Source of the DNA: a virus | Virus record (IMG/VR): IMGVR_UViG_3300022602_000031 | Span: 96,001 to 160,000 of that record | DNA: 64,000 nucleotides | Strand: one strand, 5' to 3' | Shown here: positions 40,702 to 47,706 of the stretch, piece by piece | How the letters are laid out: each line of letters begins with the position of its first letter | How positions within the stretch are numbered: position 1 is the stretch's first letter | Position numbers and translations under genes: made by a program | The notes under the pieces: generated by a model | Told to the model about the DNA's origin: nothing | The model's input: the letters and a program-made list of their open reading frames with translations, nothing else | Databases searched by the model: none

Positions 40702-41849
40702 TGGCTGATCATCTTTGCGGATACTACAAGTGCGGACACAAAGAGTTTGGGTCTAAAGTTGATGCTTTACTATACTCAAAAATAGTAAACAAAAAAGTAG
40801 AATGGATATTTCACGACGATGTTTACCAGGCATTTGATTGGTCAACTGAGCCAGCTGGTAGTATGGATGATTATTATAATCTAAGAGCAAGAGAGTTACG
40901 CGAAAAATACGATTATATTATTATCAGTTATAGCGGCGGCGCCGACAGTGAAAATGTTTTACAAAGTTTTGTACGACAAGGACTACTAGTCGATGAAATC
41001 ATTACCAACCACCTAACCAAAGCAAATCGTTCAATTGCAGTAGCAGATGTAAACAATACACACAGTTGGAATTTCGCCTCAGAACACGAATTACAAACAG
41101 TTCCACGATTAAAATGGATAAGCGATAATTGTCCCAAAACAAAAATTACTCTGCTTGATGTTAGTGATGTAATTATTGATAGTGTAACTGATGATCAAAG
41201 TTGGTTCTTGGGTAAAAACGATCATCTTGCTCCCGGACAACTGTTTAGAAATAATTATTGGTACTTTAACAAGCTACGTCAGGAGTTTGATAAAAATAGA
41301 TCTGTTGGTATTATAACTGGTGGCGACAAACCTAGAACGTTTATCGAAAACGACATACTGTACTTGTATTTTCTTGATAGTGTTGCTAACATTACTACCA
41401 TCAATGATTTCAACAGCAACAATGATAATATTAAAACAGAACTGTTTTTTCACGGAGCAACTACTGCTCCAATGATAGCCAAACAGGTACACGTTATTAA
41501 ACGTTGGCTCGAAGCAAATCCAGACAAACAAGAATATTGGCGCAATATTACACCAGAAAAAGTTAGATTGTATCACGAAAGATTTTTGCGCCCGTTACTG
41601 TATCCTACTACTTGGGACAACAGTTGGTATCAGGTAGATAAATCTGTCAGTTGGTGGCATACCGAGTTTGATACATGGTTCAGAACAAATCCTGAATTTG
41701 CTCGGCAAAAAGAATTATGGGATAAAGGTATTATGTGGTTAGCAGATAAGCTAGGCAACCTAGTTGAAACCAAAAACGGAGTCCCGGACACTTTTGTTAA
41801 ATTTAGAAAAGTTTACCAAATTGGCACAATGAAACCTAACTTAGGTTGA
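40701..41849 (+). CDS. PP-loop (N-type ATP pyrophosphatase) family protein, paralog 1
   Basis: ISYSGGADS; homologous to 55207-56520. Start at ATG 40701. Confidence 0.6.
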   Translation: MADHLCGYYKCGHKEFGSKVDALLYSKIVNKKVEWIFHDDVYQAFDWSTEPAGSMDDYYNLRARELREKYDYIIISYSGGADSENVLQSFVRQGLLVDEIITNHLTKANRSIAVADVNNTHSWNFASEHELQTVPRLKWISDNCPKTKITLLDVSDVIIDSVTDDQSWFLGKNDHLAPGQLFRNNYWYFNKLRQEFDKNRSVGIITGGDKPRTFIENDILYLYFLDSVANITTINDFNSNNDNIKTELFFHGATTAPMIAKQVHVIKRWLEANPDKQEYWRNITPEKVRLYHERFLRPLLYPTTWDNSWYQVDKSVSWWHTEFDTWFRTNPEFARQKELWDKGIMWLADKLGNLVETKNGVPDTFVKFRKVYQIGTMKPNLG

Positions 41850-41874
41850 CACAAAAGATAAATAAATGTATAAT
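41846..41874 (+). promoter_or_regulatory. Perfect consensus sigma70 promoter of the attenuated operon
   Basis: TTGACA(41846-51), 17 bp, TATAAT(41869-74). Confidence 0.9.
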
Positions 41875-41884
41875 TGATACTATT

Positions 41885-42010
41885 ATGACACTAAGAACTT
41901 GTAAACATTCCTTATCACTACAGCCAAATCTAGGCGTGTCAGCCTATTGGCCTGCGATCGAGATGTTTACAATTAATAGCGATCGTGGATACAGAGAGGG
42001 TCTCAATTAG
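41885..42010 (+). CDS. 41-aa attenuator leader peptide containing all 20 amino acids
   Basis: Translated by hand: MTLRTCKHSLSLQPNLGVSAYWPAIEMFTINSDRGYREGLN*. The ATG lies about 4 nt from the predicted +1, with no SD. Confidence 0.7.
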   Translation: MTLRTCKHSLSLQPNLGVSAYWPAIEMFTINSDRGYREGLN

Positions 42011-42068
42011 AGTATAGTAATTAACCATATTTTAATCGAGACCCTGGACTAAACACCCAGGGTTTTTT
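41997..42068 (+). promoter_or_regulatory. Transcription attenuator: overlapping antiterminator and intrinsic terminator
   Basis: AGGGTCTC-A-ATTA(41997-42009) pairs with TAAT-C-GAGACCCT(42033-45). Alternatively ACCCTGG(42041-47)/CCAGGGT(42057-63) plus a T-run forms a terminator. Confidence 0.8.
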
Positions 42069-42087
42069 GTTTATAAAGGAGAGTAAA

Positions 42088-42264
42088 ATGTTGGACCGTA
42101 AAACTAGCAAAAAAGAGATGCCGCACTTTATCCTCTCTCAAGATGATAAAGTAGCATTAATGGAAGCAAAAATGAAACGAGTAGAAGCACAGGTAAAAGC
42201 CTTAGCAGAACTAGCGAAAGCACAAGAGTCTGCAAGGGGGTCAAAATACTCCCCACGCGGATAA
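42088..42264 (+). CDS. 58-aa coiled-coil-like protein, first gene past the attenuator
   Basis: SD AAGGAG; MLDRKTSKKEMPHF...EAKMKRVEAQVKALAELAKAQE. Confidence 0.6.
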   Translation: MLDRKTSKKEMPHFILSQDDKVALMEAKMKRVEAQVKALAELAKAQESARGSKYSPRG

Positions 42265-42532
42265 GTGGCTTGAGGTTGTGTTAAAAACCGGTGCGTTAAT
42301 ACCACGTACTATTTTTGATAAAGTGTAAAGGGAAACGAGGTCCTGCTGTACACTATAAATAACAGCAAACGGGCGGACAGTAGGATGAAACTGTGGCGAA
42401 AACGCAGGAGTATAAATTACTGGGTAGGGTATAACCCTATCATATCCTTTCATAAGAGAGGGTATTCTAAAGCATATTAGATGACGACTGGCGAGCTCCA
42501 ATTTGGATGTAACCACCCCACTTGATCCGGGG
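42251..42532 (+). ncRNA. Candidate ~280-nt structured non-coding RNA
   Basis: Long-range closing helices GGAT-AAGTGG(42259-68)/CCACTT-G-ATCC(42518-28) and GGTTG/TAACC, plus several internal hairpins; no convincing ORF. Confidence 0.4.
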
Positions 42533-42560
42533 CAATATATACTAGTGTGCTTTACAATAC

Positions 42561-42646
42561 GGAGGTGTAGGAAAATTGGTAACCCCAGTGGACTGTAAAT
42601 CCGCCGCCTTATGGCACTACTTGTTCGACTCAAGTCACCTCCACCA
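42561..42646 (+). tRNA. tRNA-Tyr(GTA)
   Basis: GGAGGTG/CACCTCC, GTGGA-CTGTAAA-TCCGC, long variable arm, CCA. Confidence 0.95.
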
Positions 42647-42706
42647 GTATTTGTATAAATAATAGTATCATCGTATAAATATATACAAATCCCAGGAGAA
42701 TTCCAG

Positions 42707-43654
42707 ATGCAAAAAACAAACAAAATCAAGTGGCTTATTGCTCACGAACCCGTACATCTTTTCTTACGTACAGCTGAAGCTTTTGCCGCTGATGTCAAAG
42801 AAAAAACCAATGGTTTAATCGACATTGAAATTTACACAGCTACAGAATATGCTGAAAAATTCAACAATGGCGTAAAAGAAAACCCACTAGCACATATGGA
42901 ACGTGGCAACTTAGAAATGAGCCAGTTGCATATTAGTCAACTATGGAAATACAATGTTCCAGCATTTATGGCGTTAGAAATGCCATTCTTGTTTGAGAGT
43001 CATGATCACGCTACTCGTGTTCTTGAAGGTAATATTGGCCAAGATATGTTGCTAAGTCTTAAAGAAAAATCACCAGCACGTGGGCTAGCATTTACATACT
43101 CTGGTGGTTATCGTGTAATGGTTTCAAACGAAGAAGTTAACGAATTAGCAGACTTCCGTAATATGAGATTCTACACAGGTACAAACCCAATTGGTATGGA
43201 CACTATTGAAGCTATCGGTGGTCAGCCAGATCCACACGCGATTGACCACTTTTGGCAAACTGTACACAAAGAAGGTGACCGTCATGACGCAGTTGATACA
43301 ACATTGCCACGTATTTTAGCTACTGTTGATAAAACTAATAAGCGTTATATCACCGATACTAAACATAGCCTATTCCTAACAAGTATTATTGTTAGTGAAA
43401 CTTGGTGGGCAAGTTTGGATACAGAAACAAAAGAAACATTGGCCAAAGCCGCAGTTGACGCCGCACGTTTAGAGCGCAAGTGGTCAATTGATGATTCTGA
43501 AGTAGTTGCTCGTGATGCTGTTAAACACGGTCTGAGCTACAAAGAATTGGACAAATCCGAAATGGACAAGTTCCGTGCTTTAACTGAGCCATTGTACGCC
43601 AAATATGATTCCGTGTTTATGCCTGGTTTGATTGGTGGCATTATCCGCAGTTAA
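42707..43654 (+). CDS. dctP: DctP-like (TRAP solute-binding fold) protein without signal peptide, paralog 1
   Basis: FAADVKEKTNGLIDIEIY, ALEMPFLFESHDHA, GLAFTYSGGYR; hydrophilic N-terminus. Confidence 0.8.
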   Translation: MQKTNKIKWLIAHEPVHLFLRTAEAFAADVKEKTNGLIDIEIYTATEYAEKFNNGVKENPLAHMERGNLEMSQLHISQLWKYNVPAFMALEMPFLFESHDHATRVLEGNIGQDMLLSLKEKSPARGLAFTYSGGYRVMVSNEEVNELADFRNMRFYTGTNPIGMDTIEAIGGQPDPHAIDHFWQTVHKEGDRHDAVDTTLPRILATVDKTNKRYITDTKHSLFLTSIIVSETWWASLDTETKETLAKAAVDAARLERKWSIDDSEVVARDAVKHGLSYKELDKSEMDKFRALTEPLYAKYDSVFMPGLIGGIIRS

Positions 43655-43657
43655 TCA

Positions 43658-43686
43658 TTGCAATCCTGTTAGTTTTAAAGTATAAT
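43658..43686 (+). promoter_or_regulatory. sigma70-type promoter
   Basis: TTGCAA(43658-63), 17 bp, TATAAT(43681-86); ATG at 43695. Confidence 0.6.
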
Positions 43687-43694
43687 CAGATTCT

Positions 43695-44147
43695 ATGAAA
43701 GATAATTTTTTAGAATCTGATTCTCTATCCAATAAACGAATCTTAATTTTTGGTATAACCAGAATTCAAAGTCAACCTACTGTTCGGCAGATACAAGAAA
43801 TTGATACAGCCTATGGTGAGTTGCGTCAATATGTTAACGAAGTTTATTGCGTATCTTTTGATGATTTTTTATTATTTGATCAACTTACACCAAGGTTTTC
43901 AAAAACAATTAAATTTATTCAGAATGGTCAATTGTTACCCAGAGTTCAAGAACTATTAAATAAACGTGGGCACAAAGATTTTTTAAAACAGTATTGGCAG
44001 TTTGTATGTTGCATTAATAACGGACAGATTGAGTTTTATCAAGAACATCCGTTTGATAAATTGGATTTAGATCCCGATACAGTTAGAAAAATATATAAAC
44101 AAGTATCACCAGCAGTGGCATTAGAAAAATTAAAGGAAATAAAATGA
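43695..44147 (+). CDS. Degenerate peroxiredoxin/redoxin-fold protein, paralog 1
   Basis: NKRILIFGI...EVYCVSFDD...INNGQIEF resembles PRX5; no peroxidatic PxxxTxxC. Confidence 0.5.
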   Translation: MKDNFLESDSLSNKRILIFGITRIQSQPTVRQIQEIDTAYGELRQYVNEVYCVSFDDFLLFDQLTPRFSKTIKFIQNGQLLPRVQELLNKRGHKDFLKQYWQFVCCINNGQIEFYQEHPFDKLDLDPDTVRKIYKQVSPAVALEKLKEIK

Positions 44148-44308
44148 CCGAAGCAGAATTAATAGACTACCTAACACAAAATTTAAAAATTAATAGTTTT
44201 AACACCGTTGGTCCATACGACGACACTGATAATTTTACTGTACAATTAGTATTAAATGATACAGTAATTAGTGAAACAGTACTAAACGTAAACGACGGAA
44301 GTAAATAA
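44144..44308 (+). CDS. 54-aa acidic hypothetical protein
   Basis: Translated by hand (MTEAELIDYLTQNLKINS...); SD AAGGA; ATGA overlap. Confidence 0.55.
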   Translation: MTEAELIDYLTQNLKINSFNTVGPYDDTDNFTVQLVLNDTVISETVLNVNDGSK

Positions 44309-44317
44309 GTTTCATTT

Positions 44318-44393
<76 letters not shown>

Positions 44394-44398
44394 GAATT

Positions 44399-44474
44399 GG
44401 GGGTGTAGCTCAGCTGGGAGAGCAGTAGCTTTGCAAGCTAAAGGTCGTCGGTTCGATCCCGACCATCTCCACCA
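44399..44474 (+). tRNA. tRNA-Ala(TGC)
   Basis: Loop TTTGCAA, G3:U70, CCA. Confidence 0.93.
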
Positions 44475-44480
44475 AAACTT

Positions 44481-44554
44481 GGCCCTTTAGTTTAATGGCA
44501 GAACAGGAGTCTCCAAAACTCTTGGTGGAGGTTCGATTCCTTCAGGGGTCGCCA
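44481..44554 (+). tRNA. tRNA-Trp(CCA)
   Basis: GGAGT-CTCCAAA-ACTCT, G73, CCA. Confidence 0.93.
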
Positions 44555-44560
44555 AACAAT

Positions 44561-44634
44561 GCGGGTGTCGTAAAATGGTATTACCTTAGCCTTCCAAGCT
44601 AAAGTCAGGGGTTCGATTCCCCTCACCCGCTCCA
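44561..44634 (+). tRNA. tRNA-Gly(TCC) copy 1
   Basis: TTAGC-CTTCCAA-GCTAA, U73, CCA. Confidence 0.95.
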
Positions 44635-44636
44635 GG

Positions 44637-44665
44637 TTGACACAAAAGTCTCAAAATAGTATACT
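44637..44665 (+). promoter_or_regulatory. sigma70 promoter internal to the tRNA array
   Basis: TTGACA(44637-42), 17 bp, TATACT(44660-65); tRNA-Asp starts at 44674. Confidence 0.8.
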
Positions 44666-44673
44666 ACATTATT

Positions 44674-44750
44674 GGAGAAGTAGCTCAGTTGGTTAGAGTG
44701 CCTGCCTGTCACGCAGGAAGTCGCGGGTTCGAGTCCCGTCTTTTCCGCCA
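44674..44750 (+). tRNA. tRNA-Asp(GTC)
   Basis: CCTGC-CTGTCAC-GCAGG, G73, CCA. Confidence 0.95.
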
Positions 44751-44756
44751 AGTTTC

Positions 44757-44832
44757 GCTCGGTTCGTCTATCGGTCTAGGACACCGCCCTTTCACGGCGG
44801 GAAGAGGGGTTCGATTCCCCTACCGAGTACCA
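44757..44832 (+). tRNA. tRNA-Glu(TTC)
   Basis: CCGCC-CTTTCAC-GGCGG, CCA. Confidence 0.95.
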
Positions 44833-44840
44833 AAATTTAT

Positions 44841-44915
44841 TCCCCGTTAGCTCAGAGGTAGAGCAGTAGACTGTTAATCTATTGGTCCCTGGTTCGATCC
44901 CAGGATGGGGAGCCA
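44841..44915 (+). tRNA. tRNA-Asn(GTT)
   Basis: GTAGA-CTGTTAA-TCTAT, G73, CCA. Confidence 0.95.
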
Positions 44916-44935
44916 AACAAAGAAAGGAGAAAGCC

Positions 44936-45367
44936 ATGACAGTTTTTAAGAATTTGATAGGAAAACGCATTAATGGCATTCTCCTAGGTAACGATAATTG
45001 GACTGTAGTGTTCCGCACTACAGAAGGCAATTACTTTCGTTACGACACTGGTAATGATTGTTGTAACACAGTATGGATTAACCATATCACAGGAGTTGAT
45101 GTAGTAGGCAAAGGCAACAGCTTTGATCTATTACGTGGAGCACTGGTAATAGGTGGTGAAGACAAAGAGTGGACCGAGAATCGCCCTGGTGAAGATGGCT
45201 GGGAAGTCATACAAGATGGCTTTTATACCTTACACACTGACCGCGGTTACATAGACATTGAAGTGCGTAACAGCCACAATGGATACTATGGTGGTACATT
45301 TAACGAAACAGACGAAGTAGACCTACAGGACATCGAAGATCTACAAGAAATAACAAACGATTTTTAA
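44936..45367 (+). CDS. Hypothetical protein within the tRNA array
   Basis: Start MTVFKNLIG after SD AAGAAAGGAG; motifs DCCNTVW and NSHNGYYGG. Confidence 0.7.
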   Translation: MTVFKNLIGKRINGILLGNDNWTVVFRTTEGNYFRYDTGNDCCNTVWINHITGVDVVGKGNSFDLLRGALVIGGEDKEWTENRPGEDGWEVIQDGFYTLHTDRGYIDIEVRNSHNGYYGGTFNETDEVDLQDIEDLQEITNDF

Positions 45368-45381
45368 GAAAGGAGCAAGGT

Positions 45382-45624
45382 ATGGATCGGTACACACCAA
45401 TGATTGCCAAAGCAGATCTGGTACACGGCGAATACTATCGCGGCCGATGTCGTAATGCCACTATTGCTCGTTGGAATGCCGAGACACAACGTTTTGTTCA
45501 TTGGCGTACCAAGTTTAAATTTGAATACACTGAAGAAATTTGTCATCCAGATGACGAGCAACATTTTGATGTGTTTGTAGTAGAAACTTTATGCAAGCCA
45601 GAAAAAGAAATACCATTTGATTAA
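45382..45624 (+). CDS. Small hypothetical protein
   Basis: 80 aa; SD AAGAAAGGAG. Confidence 0.7.
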   Translation: MDRYTPMIAKADLVHGEYYRGRCRNATIARWNAETQRFVHWRTKFKFEYTEEICHPDDEQHFDVFVVETLCKPEKEIPFD

Positions 45625-45641
45625 CAAGAAAGGAGGCACGT

Positions 45642-46247
45642 ATGCCAGCAGTATTTTTAGTAAGCGATACGCACTTTGGTCACGCAGGTGTATGTCGCTT
45701 CACACGTAACGATGGTGTTACAAAACTTCGTCCGTGGGATGATCCTGCGGAAATGGATGAAGCAATGGTTAAAGCGTGGAACGAACGTGTTCGTCCAAAT
45801 GACAAAGTTTACCATCTTGGTGACGTTGTCATTAACCGTCGGGCTATGAGCACCCTTGCTCGGCTTAACGGAGATAAAGTTCTTATCCGCGGTAACCACG
45901 ACATCTTCCGTGATGATGAGTACAGACAGTACTTCCGTGAACTTCGTGCCTACCACGTTATGAACGGACTTATCTTGTCCCACATTCCTCTACACGAAGC
46001 AAGTCTTGGTAGGTTTGGTACGAATATTCACGGACACCTTCACGCTAACAGAGTTATGAAAGCAAGAGGAGTTGATGCTCGTACCGGAGAGACATTATAC
46101 AGTGATGAAGTTGATACAAGATATCACTGTGTCTGTGTTGAACAAACTCCAGACTTCGCACCGATTCTCTTTGAAGATGTATTAAAGAGGATTACTGAAG
46201 AGGGCGGTATTGTTGGCTTCCGTAATGGAAACGGTCCCACAATGTAA
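45642..46247 (+). CDS. Calcineurin-like metallophosphoesterase
   Basis: SDTHFGH, LGDV, GNHD, LSHIP, HGHLH; SD AAGAAAGGAGG. Confidence 0.9.
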   Translation: MPAVFLVSDTHFGHAGVCRFTRNDGVTKLRPWDDPAEMDEAMVKAWNERVRPNDKVYHLGDVVINRRAMSTLARLNGDKVLIRGNHDIFRDDEYRQYFRELRAYHVMNGLILSHIPLHEASLGRFGTNIHGHLHANRVMKARGVDARTGETLYSDEVDTRYHCVCVEQTPDFAPILFEDVLKRITEEGGIVGFRNGNGPTM

Positions 46248-46251
46248 TAAG

Positions 46252-46329
46252 GCAACGGTGGCAGAGCGGCCCAATGCAACGGATTGCAAATCCGTAAGAC
46301 CGGGGGTTCAAATCCCTCCCGTTGCTCCA
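46252..46329 (+). tRNA. tRNA-Cys(GCA)
   Basis: GCAACGG/CCGTTGC, ACGGA-TTGCAAA-TCCGT, U73, CCA. Confidence 0.93.
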
Positions 46330-46334
46330 AATAT

Positions 46335-46419
46335 GCGACTGTGGTGAAATAGGTAGACACAAGAGACTTAAAATCTCTCGACGCAAGTCGTGCCAGTTCG
46401 ATTCTGGCCAGTCGCACCA
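46335..46419 (+). tRNA. tRNA-Leu(TAA)
   Basis: AGAGA-CTTAAAA-TCTCT, long variable arm, CCA. Confidence 0.95.
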
Positions 46420-46423
46420 ATTG

Positions 46424-46498
46424 GGAAATATAGCACAGCGGTAGTGCATCGCCTTCATACGGCGCAGGTCGGTAGTTCGAATCTACCTATTTCCACCA
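46424..46498 (+). tRNA. tRNA-CAT (elongator Met-like)
   Basis: GGAAATA/TATTTCC, CGCC-TTCATAC-GGCG, CCA. Confidence 0.85.
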
Positions 46499-46503
46499 AG
46501 TTA

Positions 46504-46578
46504 GCCTGTTTAGCTCAGTGGTAGAGCATTGTGTTGATAACGCAAGGGTCCGTGGATCGTTCCCACGAACAGGCACCA
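46504..46578 (+). tRNA. tRNA-Ile(GAT) with atypical T-loop
   Basis: TTGTG-TTGATAA-CGCAA; T-loop ATCGTTC; CCA. Confidence 0.85.
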
Positions 46579-46579
46579 T

Positions 46580-46653
46580 GCGGGAGTCGTAAAATGGTAT
46601 TACCTTAGCCTTCCAAGCTAAAGTCGAGGGTTCGATTCCCTTCTCCCGCTCCA
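46580..46653 (+). tRNA. tRNA-Gly(TCC) copy 2
   Basis: Near-identical to 44561-44634; CCA. Confidence 0.95.
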
Positions 46654-46659
46654 AGATAT

Positions 46660-46733
46660 ACCTCGTTAGTTTAATGGTAGAACGCCATCCTTACACGGTG
46701 GCTGCGGTGGTTCGATTCCATCACGAGGTACCA
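46660..46733 (+). tRNA. tRNA-Val(TAC)
   Basis: ACCTCGT/ACGAGGT, CCATC-CTTACAC-GGTGG, CCA. Confidence 0.93.
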
Positions 46734-46736
46734 TTT

Positions 46737-46813
46737 CCGCCTTTAGCTCAACTGGATAGAGTTCTGGTCTTCGAAATCAGCGGTTGTAGGTTCGACTCCT
46801 ACAGGGCGGGCCA
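46737..46813 (+). tRNA. tRNA-Arg(TCG)
   Basis: CTGGT-CTTCGAA-ATCAG, CCA. Confidence 0.92.
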
Positions 46814-46819
46814 AACAAT

Positions 46820-46896
46820 GGTGACGTTAGTGTTAGCGGTCAGCACCACGGATTGTGATTCCGTTAGCATCGGTTCGAATCCGATACGTTACCCCA
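46820..46896 (+). tRNA. tRNA-His(GTG) with encoded G-1
   Basis: G-1:C73, ACGGA-TTGTGAT-TCCGT, CCA. Confidence 0.93.
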
Positions 46897-46898
46897 AT

Positions 46899-46975
46899 AC
46901 CCCTGTAGACAAACTGGTAAAGTCACCGCTTTAAGAGGGCGAGATTTGTAGGTTCGAATCCTACCAGGGGCACCA
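46899..46975 (+). tRNA. Atypical tRNA with AAG anticodon (Leu), short variable loop
   Basis: CCGCT-TTAAGAG-GGCGA, A1/C72 mismatch, A73, normal T-arm, CCA. Confidence 0.7.
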
Positions 46976-46980
46976 GTTAT

Positions 46981-47070
46981 GGAAGTGTGGCAGAGTCCGG
47001 TTTATTGCACCTGTCTTGAAAACAGACGACTAGAAATGGTCCGTGAGTTCGAATCTCACCGCTTCCGCCA
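46981..47070 (+). tRNA. tRNA-Ser(TGA)
   Basis: CTGT-CTTGAAA-ACAG, long variable arm, G73, CCA. Confidence 0.95.
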
Positions 47071-47083
47071 TATAAATATCACT

Positions 47084-47668
47084 ATGAATATCAATAAAAA
47101 TGAGTGGTGGGCAACACCAGTCTGGGAAATCGATTCGGGGTTTGATGAATATTTTAACCTAGCATTGGCCGCAGAGCTAGCAGACATCAAACTTGAAAAA
47201 GGTTATGATAGATATGATATATGGGATTACAAAACTCCTAGATTATTAGAACTCAAGGAGTTTATGTTTGACGCACTAGATCAAACAGTACCCGAATACT
47301 TTGGAGAATACTATCCGTATAATCCTTGTTTTATAAACGGGTGGGCTAACATACAACACCCAGGCGCAGATCTGCCCTTACACGATCATGGTGGTACTGT
47401 ATTAGTATCAACTTACTATGTAACCTGCGAAGAAAATTCTGGGGATTTATTAGTAGTAGATCCCAGAATGGGTGCCAATTGGGAATGGATTGCTGACAAC
47501 GGATTCCAAGGAGTCAAATATCGAAGAATAACTCCCAAAGCTGGAAAATTCATTTTATTTCCGGGCTATGTTATGCATATGGTAGAAACAAACCGTAGCA
47601 ACAGTACTCGTATCAGTATTGCTACAAACATACATAATGGTAGAATTGATAAGATACACACTAGGTAG
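47084..47668 (+). CDS. 2OG-Fe(II) oxygenase (TIGR02466-like)
   Basis: WANIQHPG...LHDHG...STYYV...GDL...FPGYVMHMV...RISIATN. True start after TATAAATA 47071-78. Confidence 0.8.
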   Translation: MNINKNEWWATPVWEIDSGFDEYFNLALAAELADIKLEKGYDRYDIWDYKTPRLLELKEFMFDALDQTVPEYFGEYYPYNPCFINGWANIQHPGADLPLHDHGGTVLVSTYYVTCEENSGDLLVVDPRMGANWEWIADNGFQGVKYRRITPKAGKFILFPGYVMHMVETNRSNSTRISIATNIHNGRIDKIHTR

Positions 47669-47677
47669 ATATTCTAG

Positions 47678-47685
47678 TATAAATA
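47678..47685 (+). promoter_or_regulatory. T4 late-promoter consensus upstream of the Cys-rich peptide/rSAM operon
   Basis: Exact TATAAATA, 21 nt before ATG 47707. Confidence 0.6.
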
Positions 47686-47706
47686 GTGTATTATAAGAGA
47701 TAATTT

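Noticed and set aside
46929-46935. Ochre suppressor reading (TTA anticodon) of the 46899 tRNA
   Set aside because: That register gives no anticodon stem; only the AAG register pairs.
46979-47083. N-terminal extension of the oxygenase ORF given in the ORF track
   Set aside because: It overlaps tRNA-Ser(TGA); the real start is ATG 47084, after TATAAATA.
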